DNA from: an uncultured archaeon
GTDB taxonomy: Archaea > Asgardarchaeota > Lokiarchaeia > Sigyniarchaeales > SOKP01
Direction of reading: 5' to 3'
Length of the DNA: 50,628 nucleotides
Assembly (NCBI GenBank): GCA_964583985.1
Contig: CAZOYD010000020.1
Span: 1-50,628, forward strand
In this document: in pieces, positions 18,884 through 28,300 of the stretch
Layout: each line of letters opens with the position of its first letter
How positions within the stretch are numbered: the stretch's first letter is position 1
Made by a program: the position numbers and the translations under genes
Notes under the pieces: generated by a model
Told to the model about the DNA's origin: nothing
Databases searched by the model: none
The model's input: the letters and a program-made list of their open reading frames with translations, nothing else

Positions 18884-20095
18884 ATGGAAGATGTAGTACA
18901 AAAAGCAAAAGACCACTTTGGAGGTTTAGTAAGGGCTCAATTAAAAAGAATTGAAGATTTAAAGAAAGGAGCAGATTGGATAGATTATTCTAAATTGAAC
19001 CCACTCATCATAGGAGTAGCTGGCGGAGACTATATCGGTCCAGAAATTACAAAACATGCCGAAAATATTTTGAAATTTCTTTTAAAAGAAGAAGTAGAAA
19101 ACGGTAAAATTCAATTCAAAGACATCGTAGGATTAACCATAGCAAACCGAGCTAAATTATTAAAAGCAATACCAGATGATGTCGTGAATGAGTTAAAGAA
19201 ATGTCACGTGATTCTCAAGGGGCCTACCCATACTCCATCCTCGGCCGATCTGACTTCAGGTAAATGGCCAAATTTAGAAAGCGCAAATGTGGCGATGCGA
19301 AGAGAGCTTGACTTATTTGCTAATGTTCGTCCTGTGAAAGTTCCCGAATTAGGCATTGATTGGATATTTTTTAGGGAGAACACAGAGGGTGCTTATGTAT
19401 TGGGTTCAAAGGGAATCAATGTAACAGAAGATTTAGCATTTGATTTTTGTGTCCATACCAAACAAGGTACTGATAGAATATTGAGATTAGCTTTTGAATA
19501 TGCTAAAAAAACTGGCCTGAACAGAGTATCTTTGATTACAAAAGCAAATGTTGTGAAAGCTACTGATGGAATGTACTTAAACATGGCGAAAAAGCTTGCA
19601 AAAGAAGAATATCCCGAAATTAAGTTCGATGATTGGTATATCGATATTATGGCAGCCAAATTAATCGATCCAGAACGTCAGAAAGAATTTAAGGTATTTG
19701 TGGCCCCTAACTTATATGGAGATATCATAACTGATGAAGCTGCACAAATTCAGGGATCAGTAGGAACTGCAGGAAGCGCAAATATTGGAAAACGCTATGC
19801 AATGTTTGAAGCTATCCACGGCACTGCTCCTAGAATGGTAGAAACGGGAAGAACTAAATACGCAGATCCGACTAGTATAATTAAGGCTTCCGCCATGCTC
19901 TTAAATCATATTGGATACATAAATAAAGCCAAAAAATTAGAAATGGCATTAGATGTCTGTGCATTATACGAGAAAAAGCTAAAAGTAACTGGGAGAGACA
20001 CGGGTGCTACGGGAGAAGAATTCGGTAAATATATAATGGAGACTCTGCAAAATCCAAACCTTGAAAAGAAATGGAAGAGTTATCAAAATGTATGA
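18884..20095 (+). CDS. icd: Isocitrate dehydrogenase (isocitrate/isopropylmalate dehydrogenase family)
   Basis: GDYIGPEI, LKGPTHTP, IDH-type SANVAMRRELDLFANVRP, RENTEGAY, PNLYGDI, FEAIHGTAP; adjacent to aclBA. Confidence 0.75.
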   Translation: MEDVVQKAKDHFGGLVRAQLKRIEDLKKGADWIDYSKLNPLIIGVAGGDYIGPEITKHAENILKFLLKEEVENGKIQFKDIVGLTIANRAKLLKAIPDDVVNELKKCHVILKGPTHTPSSADLTSGKWPNLESANVAMRRELDLFANVRPVKVPELGIDWIFFRENTEGAYVLGSKGINVTEDLAFDFCVHTKQGTDRILRLAFEYAKKTGLNRVSLITKANVVKATDGMYLNMAKKLAKEEYPEIKFDDWYIDIMAAKLIDPERQKEFKVFVAPNLYGDIITDEAAQIQGSVGTAGSANIGKRYAMFEAIHGTAPRMVETGRTKYADPTSIIKASAMLLNHIGYINKAKKLEMALDVCALYEKKLKVTGRDTGATGEEFGKYIMETLQNPNLEKKWKSYQNV

Positions 20096-20292
20096 GTAGA
20101 TATTTGTTAATGTAAATGATTTAAAGATATTTTTTTTCTTTATTTTTATTATACTTTATTATGTAATTTAATGCACATAGTCTAATGCAGAGGAAGTAAT
20201 TAATTGGGATCAGATCAAAATAAGAAAAGCTAAAAAGGAAATCTATAAAATTTAAAAGAAAAAAGAAAAGATAAGGTGATTTTATCGATTAA

Positions 20293-20988
20293 TTATTTTC
20301 TGGAGTAAGGAGTCTTTTCTATAATATTTACGACATAAAATAAATACCCGAAAGGATATCTACCTTGCATTACATGAAAGGAATCAAAAGCGAATAATTC
20401 CCTTGCAGATAATAAAAATTGATAATATGGGTTGTTATTTTGAATAATATTCATAATTCCATTAAACTGAAAACTTAAATATTTGGGTGCTGATCCTGCA
20501 TACAGTAATGAGGTAAAAGGATTTCTTGTTAAATTTTTGAATGTAGTCCCTTCAAATATTTCTAAACCTCCTAAAAAGTAGGGATCAAAGTAGTCAAGGT
20601 TTTTATAAAATTGTGTAAGGGTTTCCATTCGTTTTATGATTGTGCTTTCCCATAATTGAGATTTACACGAATTTTTAGTTTCAGTGAACAAGTTAATAAA
20701 TTCTTGGACTTTATTCTTCTTTGGTAATAACCCTAAACCTTTTGTGGCTAAATTTACGAAAGACATTTCTTCTGATTGTGTTGCTAATACAGGAAGGTGA
20801 GCTGGAAGAGTTTTAACTGAACTTAATCCTCCTGTTTGTATTTGCTCAAACATTTTTAATCTTGCTTCTGATTGCCATTGTAGAAATGTATTTGGTAAAG
20901 GTCGAAGTTCATATTTGATTGTTTTTCCGTCGTGATATTTAATTATTATTTGTTCATCCTCAAGAAAAATGCTGTATTTTAATTCCAT
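20293..20988 (-). CDS. Hypothetical protein, probable pyridoxamine-5'-phosphate-oxidase-like split-barrel (flavin-binding) fold
   Basis: LEIFEGTTFKNLTRNPFTSLLY...SFQFNG resembles the PNPOx-like T-x-x-N-L-x-x-N-P motif. Confidence 0.5.
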   Translation of the reverse strand: MELKYSIFLEDEQIIIKYHDGKTIKYELRPLPNTFLQWQSEARLKMFEQIQTGGLSSVKTLPAHLPVLATQSEEMSFVNLATKGLGLLPKKNKVQEFINLFTETKNSCKSQLWESTIIKRMETLTQFYKNLDYFDPYFLGGLEIFEGTTFKNLTRNPFTSLLYAGSAPKYLSFQFNGIMNIIQNNNPYYQFLLSARELFAFDSFHVMQGRYPFGYLFYVVNIIEKTPYSRK

Positions 20989-21128
20989 AATTTTTTGTCA
21001 TTTTGTCGTTGAATTTTAATTGATTTATAAAATCATATTTTATATTATAATATGAATTTATATTTGAAAGTATTTTCATTCAAAGGATATCACTATTATT
21101 ATAATTTAGTCCAAAATCAAGTTAATTT

Positions 21129-21827
21129 TTAGTTAAAACGAAATAACTGTGAAGATATTAAAAAGACTATAAAAGTAATAGTAATTATTATTATTATAGG
21201 AAATAGCGAAAAACCTAAAATCCCCTTCCAGAAAGACAAAAGGGAATTATAAAAATAATGAAAAGGCAGTAATAAGGATATAGTATTAAGAAAATATGGC
21301 AAGGGAATAAAAAGTACACCAGAAATAGCCGAAACTCCTAGTACTGTTATTATAGAATATAGATGACCTTCTCCTGATGAGCCTGCTATAATGGCTACAA
21401 TAATTCCAAGACAATTTGCAAAAATAATTGACATAATAAAATTAATAATAACCCCGAATAAAGTAAATATTTGAAAATCATTTAAGTTAAAAACTAACAA
21501 CATTATAATAGGTATGCTTAACTTAATACAATCTATAAATACATTTGCGAAAAGATAATCAAAAATTAATCTATAACCTTTAATAGGGAGTACCGCGATC
21601 CTTTCTATTATCTTATTTTCTTTTAATTGAATTAATCTTACAGCGGAACCAAAAGTTGAGATGAAGATTATGATCAGAGTGAAAAAACTTGCTTTTATGT
21701 TTAAAGACATTCCTGGAATTAATAAAGGAAGCGTAAGTATTAATGGTAAGATTAATTTAATAATCAAATTTTTCTTGTTATTTAATGTTTCTATTAATTC
21801 TATTTTCCAAAAACTATTCGGATGCAT
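21129..21827 (-). CDS. ABC-2 type transporter permease
   Basis: Six TM segments, IERIAVLPI, ISGVLFIP, LLPFHY; overlaps the ATPase gene end. Confidence 0.85.
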   Translation of the reverse strand: MHPNSFWKIELIETLNNKKNLIIKLILPLILTLPLLIPGMSLNIKASFFTLIIIFISTFGSAVRLIQLKENKIIERIAVLPIKGYRLIFDYLFANVFIDCIKLSIPIIMLLVFNLNDFQIFTLFGVIINFIMSIIFANCLGIIVAIIAGSSGEGHLYSIITVLGVSAISGVLFIPLPYFLNTISLLLPFHYFYNSLLSFWKGILGFSLFPIIIIITITFIVFLISSQLFRFN

Positions 21828-22788
21828 TATCTTTACCTTTTAATTTTAAAAAAAGATCTCCAAGATTAGGATTTTTAATATCAATATATTTTATTTGTCC
21901 ATTTTTTCTTACGATTTCGTTGACAATATCCATTATTATTTTTGAATAATTGGAATTTTTCTTAGGTTTTGCTAAAATAATGATGATAAAATCATTATTT
22001 TGAGTATCATTCTCAACTTTAATCTCTTCTAAATCTTCAATTTTTTTTAAATCTTCCAATGGAATGGGTAATGTAAGTCTAAGTTCAATTGTAATATATG
22101 GTTTTAATGATTCCATTAACTTTCCAGGCTTGTCTGAAGCAATGAGTTTTCCATTACTTAACAGGCTAACTCTATTTGCTAAAAAAGCAGCCTCGTTCAC
22201 ATCATTAGAAGCTATGATAATTATTGTTCCCTCTGAAGCTAATCTTTTTAATGTAGCATATAAAGTTATTCGGGAATGATAATCTAAGCCCATAGATGGT
22301 TCATCTAAAAGTAAAATTTTAGGATGATGAACTAAAGCCTCTATTAAAGCTAATTTCCTACGCATGCCATAAGAATAAGTTTTCACTGGATCATCCTTTT
22401 TGTCCCATAAATTTATCCATTTAAAATAATATTCAAGCTGAGAATTAATTTCACTATGAGGCACTCCATAAGAACTTGCAAAAAACCAAGCATTTTCATA
22501 TCCAGTAAGCTGATCCCAATGAGCAGTGTGATCAAATAAGACTCCTATTTCTCTTTTATATTCATCATTTGATTTTTTTAACTGAACATTGTGATATTTA
22601 AGCATTCCTTTTGAAGATGATAATAAACATGCAAGAATTTTTAATAAGGTTGACTTTCCAGAACCATTTGGCCCTAAAAGTACGTGAATTTCTCCTATAT
22701 AAAACATAAGAGATATATCTTCAAGAGCATAATTTATACTCTTACGATATTTCTTCCATATATTAAGTAAGTGAAAGTTTTCAGCCAT
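21814..22788 (-). CDS. ABC exporter ATP-binding protein
   Basis: Walker A GPNGSGKS, signature YSYGMRRK, Walker B LLLDEP. The H-loop His appears replaced (ASND). Confidence 0.92.
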   Translation of the reverse strand: MAENFHLLNIWKKYRKSINYALEDISLMFYIGEIHVLLGPNGSGKSTLLKILACLLSSSKGMLKYHNVQLKKSNDEYKREIGVLFDHTAHWDQLTGYENAWFFASSYGVPHSEINSQLEYYFKWINLWDKKDDPVKTYSYGMRRKLALIEALVHHPKILLLDEPSMGLDYHSRITLYATLKRLASEGTIIIIASNDVNEAAFLANRVSLLSNGKLIASDKPGKLMESLKPYITIELRLTLPIPLEDLKKIEDLEEIKVENDTQNNDFIIIILAKPKKNSNYSKIIMDIVNEIVRKNGQIKYIDIKNPNLGDLFLKLKGKDNASE

Positions 22789-22789
22789 A

Positions 22790-24250
22790 TTAACTAAACT
22801 CTAATCTTGTATCTTCTGTTACTAAAGCAGGTGATTGTGGTAATATCTTTTTTACTTTATAAACTAAAATATTTTGGTCTTCTTCTAAAATCTCTCCAAT
22901 AATTTTACTTTTTAATATATTTTTATGAAAATTGGGTGCAAACTTTTTAGTTTTAAAAAAAGTAACTTCTTCTGCTTTTGGGATTTGATCTGTATCGCGA
23001 GAGACTTTAATAATATTATTTTGAATATCTCCAATTGAATCTTGGTTACCTTCCATTCCAAACTTATTTGCTATATCTTCTACAAGTTCTGGTATCACTT
23101 CTGAAAAACCCTTTTCTCTAGCATAATCTTCTATCATATTTTTAGCCATATTTCTAACAAAAGAGGGAATTTTTTCAGCCATTTTTTCTGCTTCTGGTTT
23201 CCATTTAATAGGTATATTATCTGAAGTTCTTAAATCTGGGATATTTACCTTCAACTCAGAAGGATTAACAATAAGAATATTACTTTTGCATAACATCGCA
23301 CAATTAAATACGTGAGATCCTATTAAAGAAATGTCTTCTCTATGCAATCCCCACCTTCCAAGAACTATCAAATCAGAATTCTTGAGATTAGAATATTCAA
23401 TAATTTTGGTATATACCTTACCTGCTAGCACATTTATATTTAACGGAATATTTTCAGAGGTCGCAATTACTTGTGCTTTCTTTAAACCTTCCAAATATAA
23501 TTTTTCTAATCCTTTATCTATTATTTCATCATGAATTTTCTCCTGTGCCGTGAAATTAAATTTTTTCTGAGCTTCTATTGGTAATACATCTGCAATCGTT
23601 TTAAAAACACCCGTATGAAAATAAGGGTCGTATACAGCGATAGCATCAATACTAGTATTATAGATTTTCGAGAAATCAAAAGCCCTTGTTAAAGCAACAT
23701 AAGAAGTTTTACTTCCATCGATTCCTATTACAATAGGATTGTATTTAAAAACCATTGGTTTTTTTACAATGAGTAAGTCTGATTTTATATTATGTAGTAG
23801 TATCCGTTGAGTTAAGCTTCCAAGAATTTGTATTTCTTCTTTACCATGACCCCAACCTCCTAAAATTGTTAAGTCAGGTTTTATTTGTTTGATTATCTCA
23901 ATAAGTTTAGAATAATTCCTTCCTTCGGGGGTTATACCGTCAACTTTTAGATTTTTCTCTATAGCTTTTTTTACAAAGGAAGATAAATAAGCATCTGAAA
24001 TTAGTTCCATACCATCTGTAATCAAATCTTCATGTGTATCTCTTAAATAATCAAGCTTTTCTTCTGTCTGGTACGTTTCTGGTAATCCAGACTCCATTTC
24101 AGCAAATCGAGATTTATGCATTTTTGAAGTATATACATGGCACCCATATAATTGACTTGATTGCGAATTTTCAGCTATTTTTAAAGCAATATCTCCTGCT
24201 ATTTCTGAATAAATTGATCCATCTAAAGCAATTAGAATTTTATTGTACAT
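22790..24250 (-). CDS. Tandem universal stress protein with C-terminal PCP_red (BchB C-terminal-like) domain and a small beta domain
   Basis: Two Usp domains (KILIALDGS...GGWGHG...LGSLT; IVIGIDGS...GRWG...IGSHV), then WKPEAEKMAEKIPSFVRNMAKNMIEDYAREKG and terminal VKKILPQSPALVTEDTRLEF. Confidence 0.8.
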   Translation of the reverse strand: MYNKILIALDGSIYSEIAGDIALKIAENSQSSQLYGCHVYTSKMHKSRFAEMESGLPETYQTEEKLDYLRDTHEDLITDGMELISDAYLSSFVKKAIEKNLKVDGITPEGRNYSKLIEIIKQIKPDLTILGGWGHGKEEIQILGSLTQRILLHNIKSDLLIVKKPMVFKYNPIVIGIDGSKTSYVALTRAFDFSKIYNTSIDAIAVYDPYFHTGVFKTIADVLPIEAQKKFNFTAQEKIHDEIIDKGLEKLYLEGLKKAQVIATSENIPLNINVLAGKVYTKIIEYSNLKNSDLIVLGRWGLHREDISLIGSHVFNCAMLCKSNILIVNPSELKVNIPDLRTSDNIPIKWKPEAEKMAEKIPSFVRNMAKNMIEDYAREKGFSEVIPELVEDIANKFGMEGNQDSIGDIQNNIIKVSRDTDQIPKAEEVTFFKTKKFAPNFHKNILKSKIIGEILEEDQNILVYKVKKILPQSPALVTEDTRLEFS

Positions 24251-24268
24251 GATTATTATAGCAACGAG

Positions 24269-25255
24269 TTATTTTAATGTCTTTCTTTCTTTTTTTATCT
24301 TTCTCCGTCTTTTTATGGCAATAATTAATCCAATAAAGGATAACGAGAATACTATTCCAAAAGCAATAAGAAAGAAATAAAATTCAAATCCGATAGAGCC
24401 ACAGTCATTATCTTTAAGAACATTTCCTTCCGAATCTGTATCAACAATAAAGCAATAGGTATTCTCCTTTAAGTTATTCTCAATTATGTTATTAAAGTTT
24501 GAGCTTTGAGTTAAACGAACTCCTAAATAATTATAATTAACTGTATTTAAAGTAATGTTATTATAGCTACTATTACCTAAAAGAATTCCAATAGCGGTAT
24601 TATATGAAGCGGTGTTTCTTGATACACTATTATTATGACTTTTAAATAGAATTATACCAAATCCACTTGCTATACTTCTTCCATTGTAAGTTGCTATATT
24701 ATTGTAAACATAATTATTTTGACTCTCATTTAATCCAATCCCGATGTAAGAATTATTAAAAAGAGTATTTTCAGTAATCGAAATATTATTACTTTTAATC
24801 AAAGATATTCCAGTACCCACATTGGAAGATATTGTGTTATTTATTATAATTCCTTTAGTAGAATTAATTATATTAATTTCAGCATTGTATATTGAAGCCC
24901 CAGAACCAGTTATTTTACAATTTCTAATAATGAAATAATCAAGAGAATTTTCTATAGTAATTACATTATTACCATTCTTAAGATTTTTAATAGTTATGTT
25001 TTCAATTATAAATGGGTCATTAAACGTACCGGATCCAGAAATAAAATCGTAATATGCTTCACTTGCTGACCAATTATTGTCAATATGAATTTCATTAGTA
25101 ATTATCCAATAATTAGACAATTTAGGAGTTAAGGTAAAAAAGTTTGATTTAAATATTGTCGGAATTGGAGAAACTACCAAAAAATTGAATGTGATTAACC
25201 AAAAAAAAAGAATGAAGGAGGTGAAGTAAAGTGTATGTTCATCAAAAAATTTCAT
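24269..25255 (-). CDS. Membrane-anchored NosD/right-handed parallel beta-helix protein
   Basis: N-terminal hydrophobic segment, GSGTFNDPFIIENITI, repeated GIxLxxSxNNxIxxN, C-terminal TM plus basic tail KRRRKIKK. Confidence 0.85.
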   Translation of the reverse strand: MKFFDEHTLYFTSFILFFWLITFNFLVVSPIPTIFKSNFFTLTPKLSNYWIITNEIHIDNNWSASEAYYDFISGSGTFNDPFIIENITIKNLKNGNNVITIENSLDYFIIRNCKITGSGASIYNAEINIINSTKGIIINNTISSNVGTGISLIKSNNISITENTLFNNSYIGIGLNESQNNYVYNNIATYNGRSIASGFGIILFKSHNNSVSRNTASYNTAIGILLGNSSYNNITLNTVNYNYLGVRLTQSSNFNNIIENNLKENTYCFIVDTDSEGNVLKDNDCGSIGFEFYFFLIAFGIVFSLSFIGLIIAIKRRRKIKKERKTLK

Positions 25256-25331
25256 ATTTAACTAATCTATATTTTTTTTTTACTTGAACTCAAATTTAAA
25301 TGATTATTGACTACAACAAATTTAAAAATTT

Positions 25332-25586
25332 CTAAATTCGCTCCGATACTAAGGGATCTCTTATAGTCATATAAACCAAGAAACCAATAAAACCTGTAAG
25401 AAGTATTGCGATTAACCATGCTTTATATTTCATATTCCTTTTCCTTGCATTCTTATAAGACCAGATTGACAAAACAGCGCCAATCAAAAAATATACTAAT
25501 ACAATCATCCCAAGAATTGGAGGATTTCCAAAAATAAAAGCACCTAAACCCTCATCAAATCCGGGTTTATCATAAAAAAATAACAA
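25332..25586 (-). CDS. Small membrane protein (PLDc_N-like two-helix)
   Basis: IWSYKNARKRNM...AWLIAILLTGFIGFLVYM pattern; GAGGTTGA SD-like site upstream of TTG. Confidence 0.6.
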   Translation of the reverse strand: MLFFYDKPGFDEGLGAFIFGNPPILGMIVLVYFLIGAVLSIWSYKNARKRNMKYKAWLIAILLTGFIGFLVYMTIRDPLVSERI

Positions 25587-25675
25587 TCACATCAACCTCT
25601 CTTTATATTTGTTCTATTTTTATTATCAATAATAATTATTTGTAAATTATTTATTATTATATTTTGAGTTTAATT

Positions 25676-26281
25676 TTAAAAGCTTTTTTTTTGACACAGA
25701 AAAAGTCCAAATCCAATAGGAAAAATATTTTTATCAATGATTATCATATTTGCATTTTCAATAGCCTTATATAATTCATTCCACTTAAATCTTGATTTTT
25801 CTGGATGCTTTACTCCTAAAAACTTATCAAAAAAGTCTATTAACCGTTTATTAAGTTCATCAATTAAAAGATAACCTCCCGGTTTTAGAACTCTGCTAAT
25901 TTCTTTCAGTGCTTTGGGATACTCGGGGATATGATGGAGAACGGTAAAAATAAATACCATATCAAATTTCATTGCAGGATAATTTATACTTGTTACATCA
26001 CCAATCGAGATTTGAGCAGATAAATTCCTTTTTTTTGCCTTTAAGACTTGTTCGGGCAATATATCAAAACCATATAGACTTAAGGGATTGAATTCTTTTT
26101 GAATTAGATGCAAACCAAAACCAGATCCGCATCCAGCTTCTAAAATTGTTTTATTGGTAATCTGAATTTTATAAGATTTTAAAAATTTTTTAAAAATTTC
26201 CATTTCGAAATACTTTTGCATGAATCTCTTTAATGGGCTATTTACAAAAATCTTATCTAAAGTGTCAATGGCTACTTCCAT
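25676..26281 (-). CDS. Class I SAM-dependent methyltransferase (UbiE/Methyltransf_11-like)
   Basis: ILEAGCGSG, GDVTSINY, FDMV, VLHHI, RVLKPGG. Confidence 0.9.
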   Translation of the reverse strand: MEVAIDTLDKIFVNSPLKRFMQKYFEMEIFKKFLKSYKIQITNKTILEAGCGSGFGLHLIQKEFNPLSLYGFDILPEQVLKAKKRNLSAQISIGDVTSINYPAMKFDMVFIFTVLHHIPEYPKALKEISRVLKPGGYLLIDELNKRLIDFFDKFLGVKHPEKSRFKWNELYKAIENANMIIIDKNIFPIGFGLFLCQKKSF

Positions 26282-26518
26282 AGTACGATTTATCTCATTT
26301 TAACTTCAACTTTTTAAAGTAATATGCATTCGATATATAAAGAATCTATAAGTAATAAAAGATTTAGGTTATAAATTTAAAAATCTACTATAATAAAAGA
26401 TTTTTTTATTAAGAGATAGAACCTTCAAGAATAAAAATAATTATTGTGTCATATATTTTATGAGGAAAAATTTAAATATCACTAAAATGAATATTTTTAT
26501 TATTTCGAGGTAAATGCA

Positions 26519-28186
26519 ATGCAAGAAAATGTGGAAAAACCATCAACAACAAAGAATATGTTTAGAAAAATAAATCAAAAAAAATTGTTTATTATTATCT
26601 TAAGCTTCGCAGTATATCTCATTATATTAACATTTATATTTGTTCCACTTCAGGGAGGGTTAATTTCTTCAACCCAAATAATGCCTCCTGTTGATAATCT
26701 TCCGAGTCAAAATGAATCAAACTTACCAATACAGGAATTTTTTGGAATTTATGGTCGTTCTATAGCAATTGCATTTGTCATGCTTTCACATGTTTTATAT
26801 GCTAACTTGCATCTGGGAGGATCTTGGGTTGCTGTAACTTCTGAATCGATGTTTATTAAAAATGGAACAAGTAGATTTAATCGATTATCCAGATCTCTAA
26901 CTTTATTTAATGTAATGCTATTTAGTTTAGGAACTACATTTGCTACGGCAGGAGTACTTTTTTTTATCATATTTATGCCTAATCTTACAACCAATCTTTT
27001 TCATATCTATTGGTGGCCATTATTCTTAGAAGTTATTACCTTTTTCTTAGAAGTATTTTTTCTATATACATATTGGTTTTCATGGGACAAAATTAAAACT
27101 AAATATCATCAAATTCTTGGTTATGGTTATGCTATAACAGTATTTTTTCAAACCTTTTTTATTAATATGGTAGCATCGGGGATGCTAACTCCTGGAACTC
27201 CAACAGTGACCTTCGGAAGTGATGGAATTATAACAATGTCAATAAATGATTTATATTCTTGGTGGTTTAATCCTACAACATGGATCTTGACAATACATCG
27301 CTTTGCAGCAGCAATTTCTATATTTGGTTTTATATTAATTCTTTTAGCCATGTTTCACTACAAAGATCGCAAAGATATTAGTTCAAAAAAATATTGGGAT
27401 TGGGTTGGATCTTGGGGTATGATGTGGGGTTTATTCGGTCTTGTATTTCAACCAATAATTGGGTTAGTATATGTAAACCAATTATTTTACTCTGTAAATC
27501 CCGCTTTTCAGATGATGATGCATGGACCCAGAGCCTGGGAGATGTTACTTGTTGTTGCGCTTATATCCGCATTGTTTCTGATCATTCTTGTGTATTATAT
27601 CGATAGGAAAGAAAATATCCTCAATCGAGAAGAAAATCTAAAGTATAAAAAACTCTTTAATTGGTTTCTAATCATCAGCGCTATTTGTGCTTTTTTCTTA
27701 GTACAACCATCATGGTTAGGTGATACTTTTGAATTTGAAACTAATTCTGTGTTCAATCCCCTTGGGATTATGGGTATAAAATATATTGCGTTATTAGGAT
27801 TGATGATAATAGGGATTTTAGTTGTTGCTATAGATATAAAGATGCTAAAGAAAATGAAAGAGGGAGAATGGGGAAAACTTTCAAATGTATCCAGGTATGC
27901 GGGAATTCTCGCAGGAGTAGTAGGTATGTTTATTGTTATTGTTATGGGGTATGTTAGAGAATCTGCTCGAGCACCATATACAATATTTGGAATATTACCT
28001 GTAGAAGGATCAAGTACTCATCCTACTCCAATTGCAATCGATCGCCTTTTTATCGTTTTTGGATTGATTCTGATAACAGTTATTGCGGTTTTTTGGTTTA
28101 CTTCTAAAGTTACTGCTCATCATCCTGAAGAAGCGGAAAAAATATATTCAGTGGGATATGAGGACCTAAAAGAAGATGCATCCTAA
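26519..28186 (+). CDS. Cytochrome bd oxidase subunit I (CydA)-like membrane protein, divergent, with no recognisable Q-loop
   Basis: SHVLYANLHLGG (His19-like), LEVITFFLEVFFLY..FSWD (Glu99/Glu107-like), IHRF (His186-like), GIMGIK (possible Met393), MGYVRESARAPY (Glu445/Arg448-like). Confidence 0.8.
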   Translation: MQENVEKPSTTKNMFRKINQKKLFIIILSFAVYLIILTFIFVPLQGGLISSTQIMPPVDNLPSQNESNLPIQEFFGIYGRSIAIAFVMLSHVLYANLHLGGSWVAVTSESMFIKNGTSRFNRLSRSLTLFNVMLFSLGTTFATAGVLFFIIFMPNLTTNLFHIYWWPLFLEVITFFLEVFFLYTYWFSWDKIKTKYHQILGYGYAITVFFQTFFINMVASGMLTPGTPTVTFGSDGIITMSINDLYSWWFNPTTWILTIHRFAAAISIFGFILILLAMFHYKDRKDISSKKYWDWVGSWGMMWGLFGLVFQPIIGLVYVNQLFYSVNPAFQMMMHGPRAWEMLLVVALISALFLIILVYYIDRKENILNREENLKYKKLFNWFLIISAICAFFLVQPSWLGDTFEFETNSVFNPLGIMGIKYIALLGLMIIGILVVAIDIKMLKKMKEGEWGKLSNVSRYAGILAGVVGMFIVIVMGYVRESARAPYTIFGILPVEGSSTHPTPIAIDRLFIVFGLILITVIAVFWFTSKVTAHHPEEAEKIYSVGYEDLKEDAS

Positions 28187-28300
28187 AATTAAGTTGTGAT
28201 TAATAACTAAGGTTTTTTTTTAAATCAATTATGAGTTACAGAATAAGATCTAAATTTTTAAAGCAATAATTTATAAAAAGATACTACATGATAAGTAATT

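Noticed and set aside
8616-20095. Claim of autotrophic reverse TCA cycle from sucCD, aclBA and icd
   Set aside because: Aconitase, 2-oxoglutarate synthase, fumarate reductase and pyruvate synthase are not in the window, so direction cannot be inferred.
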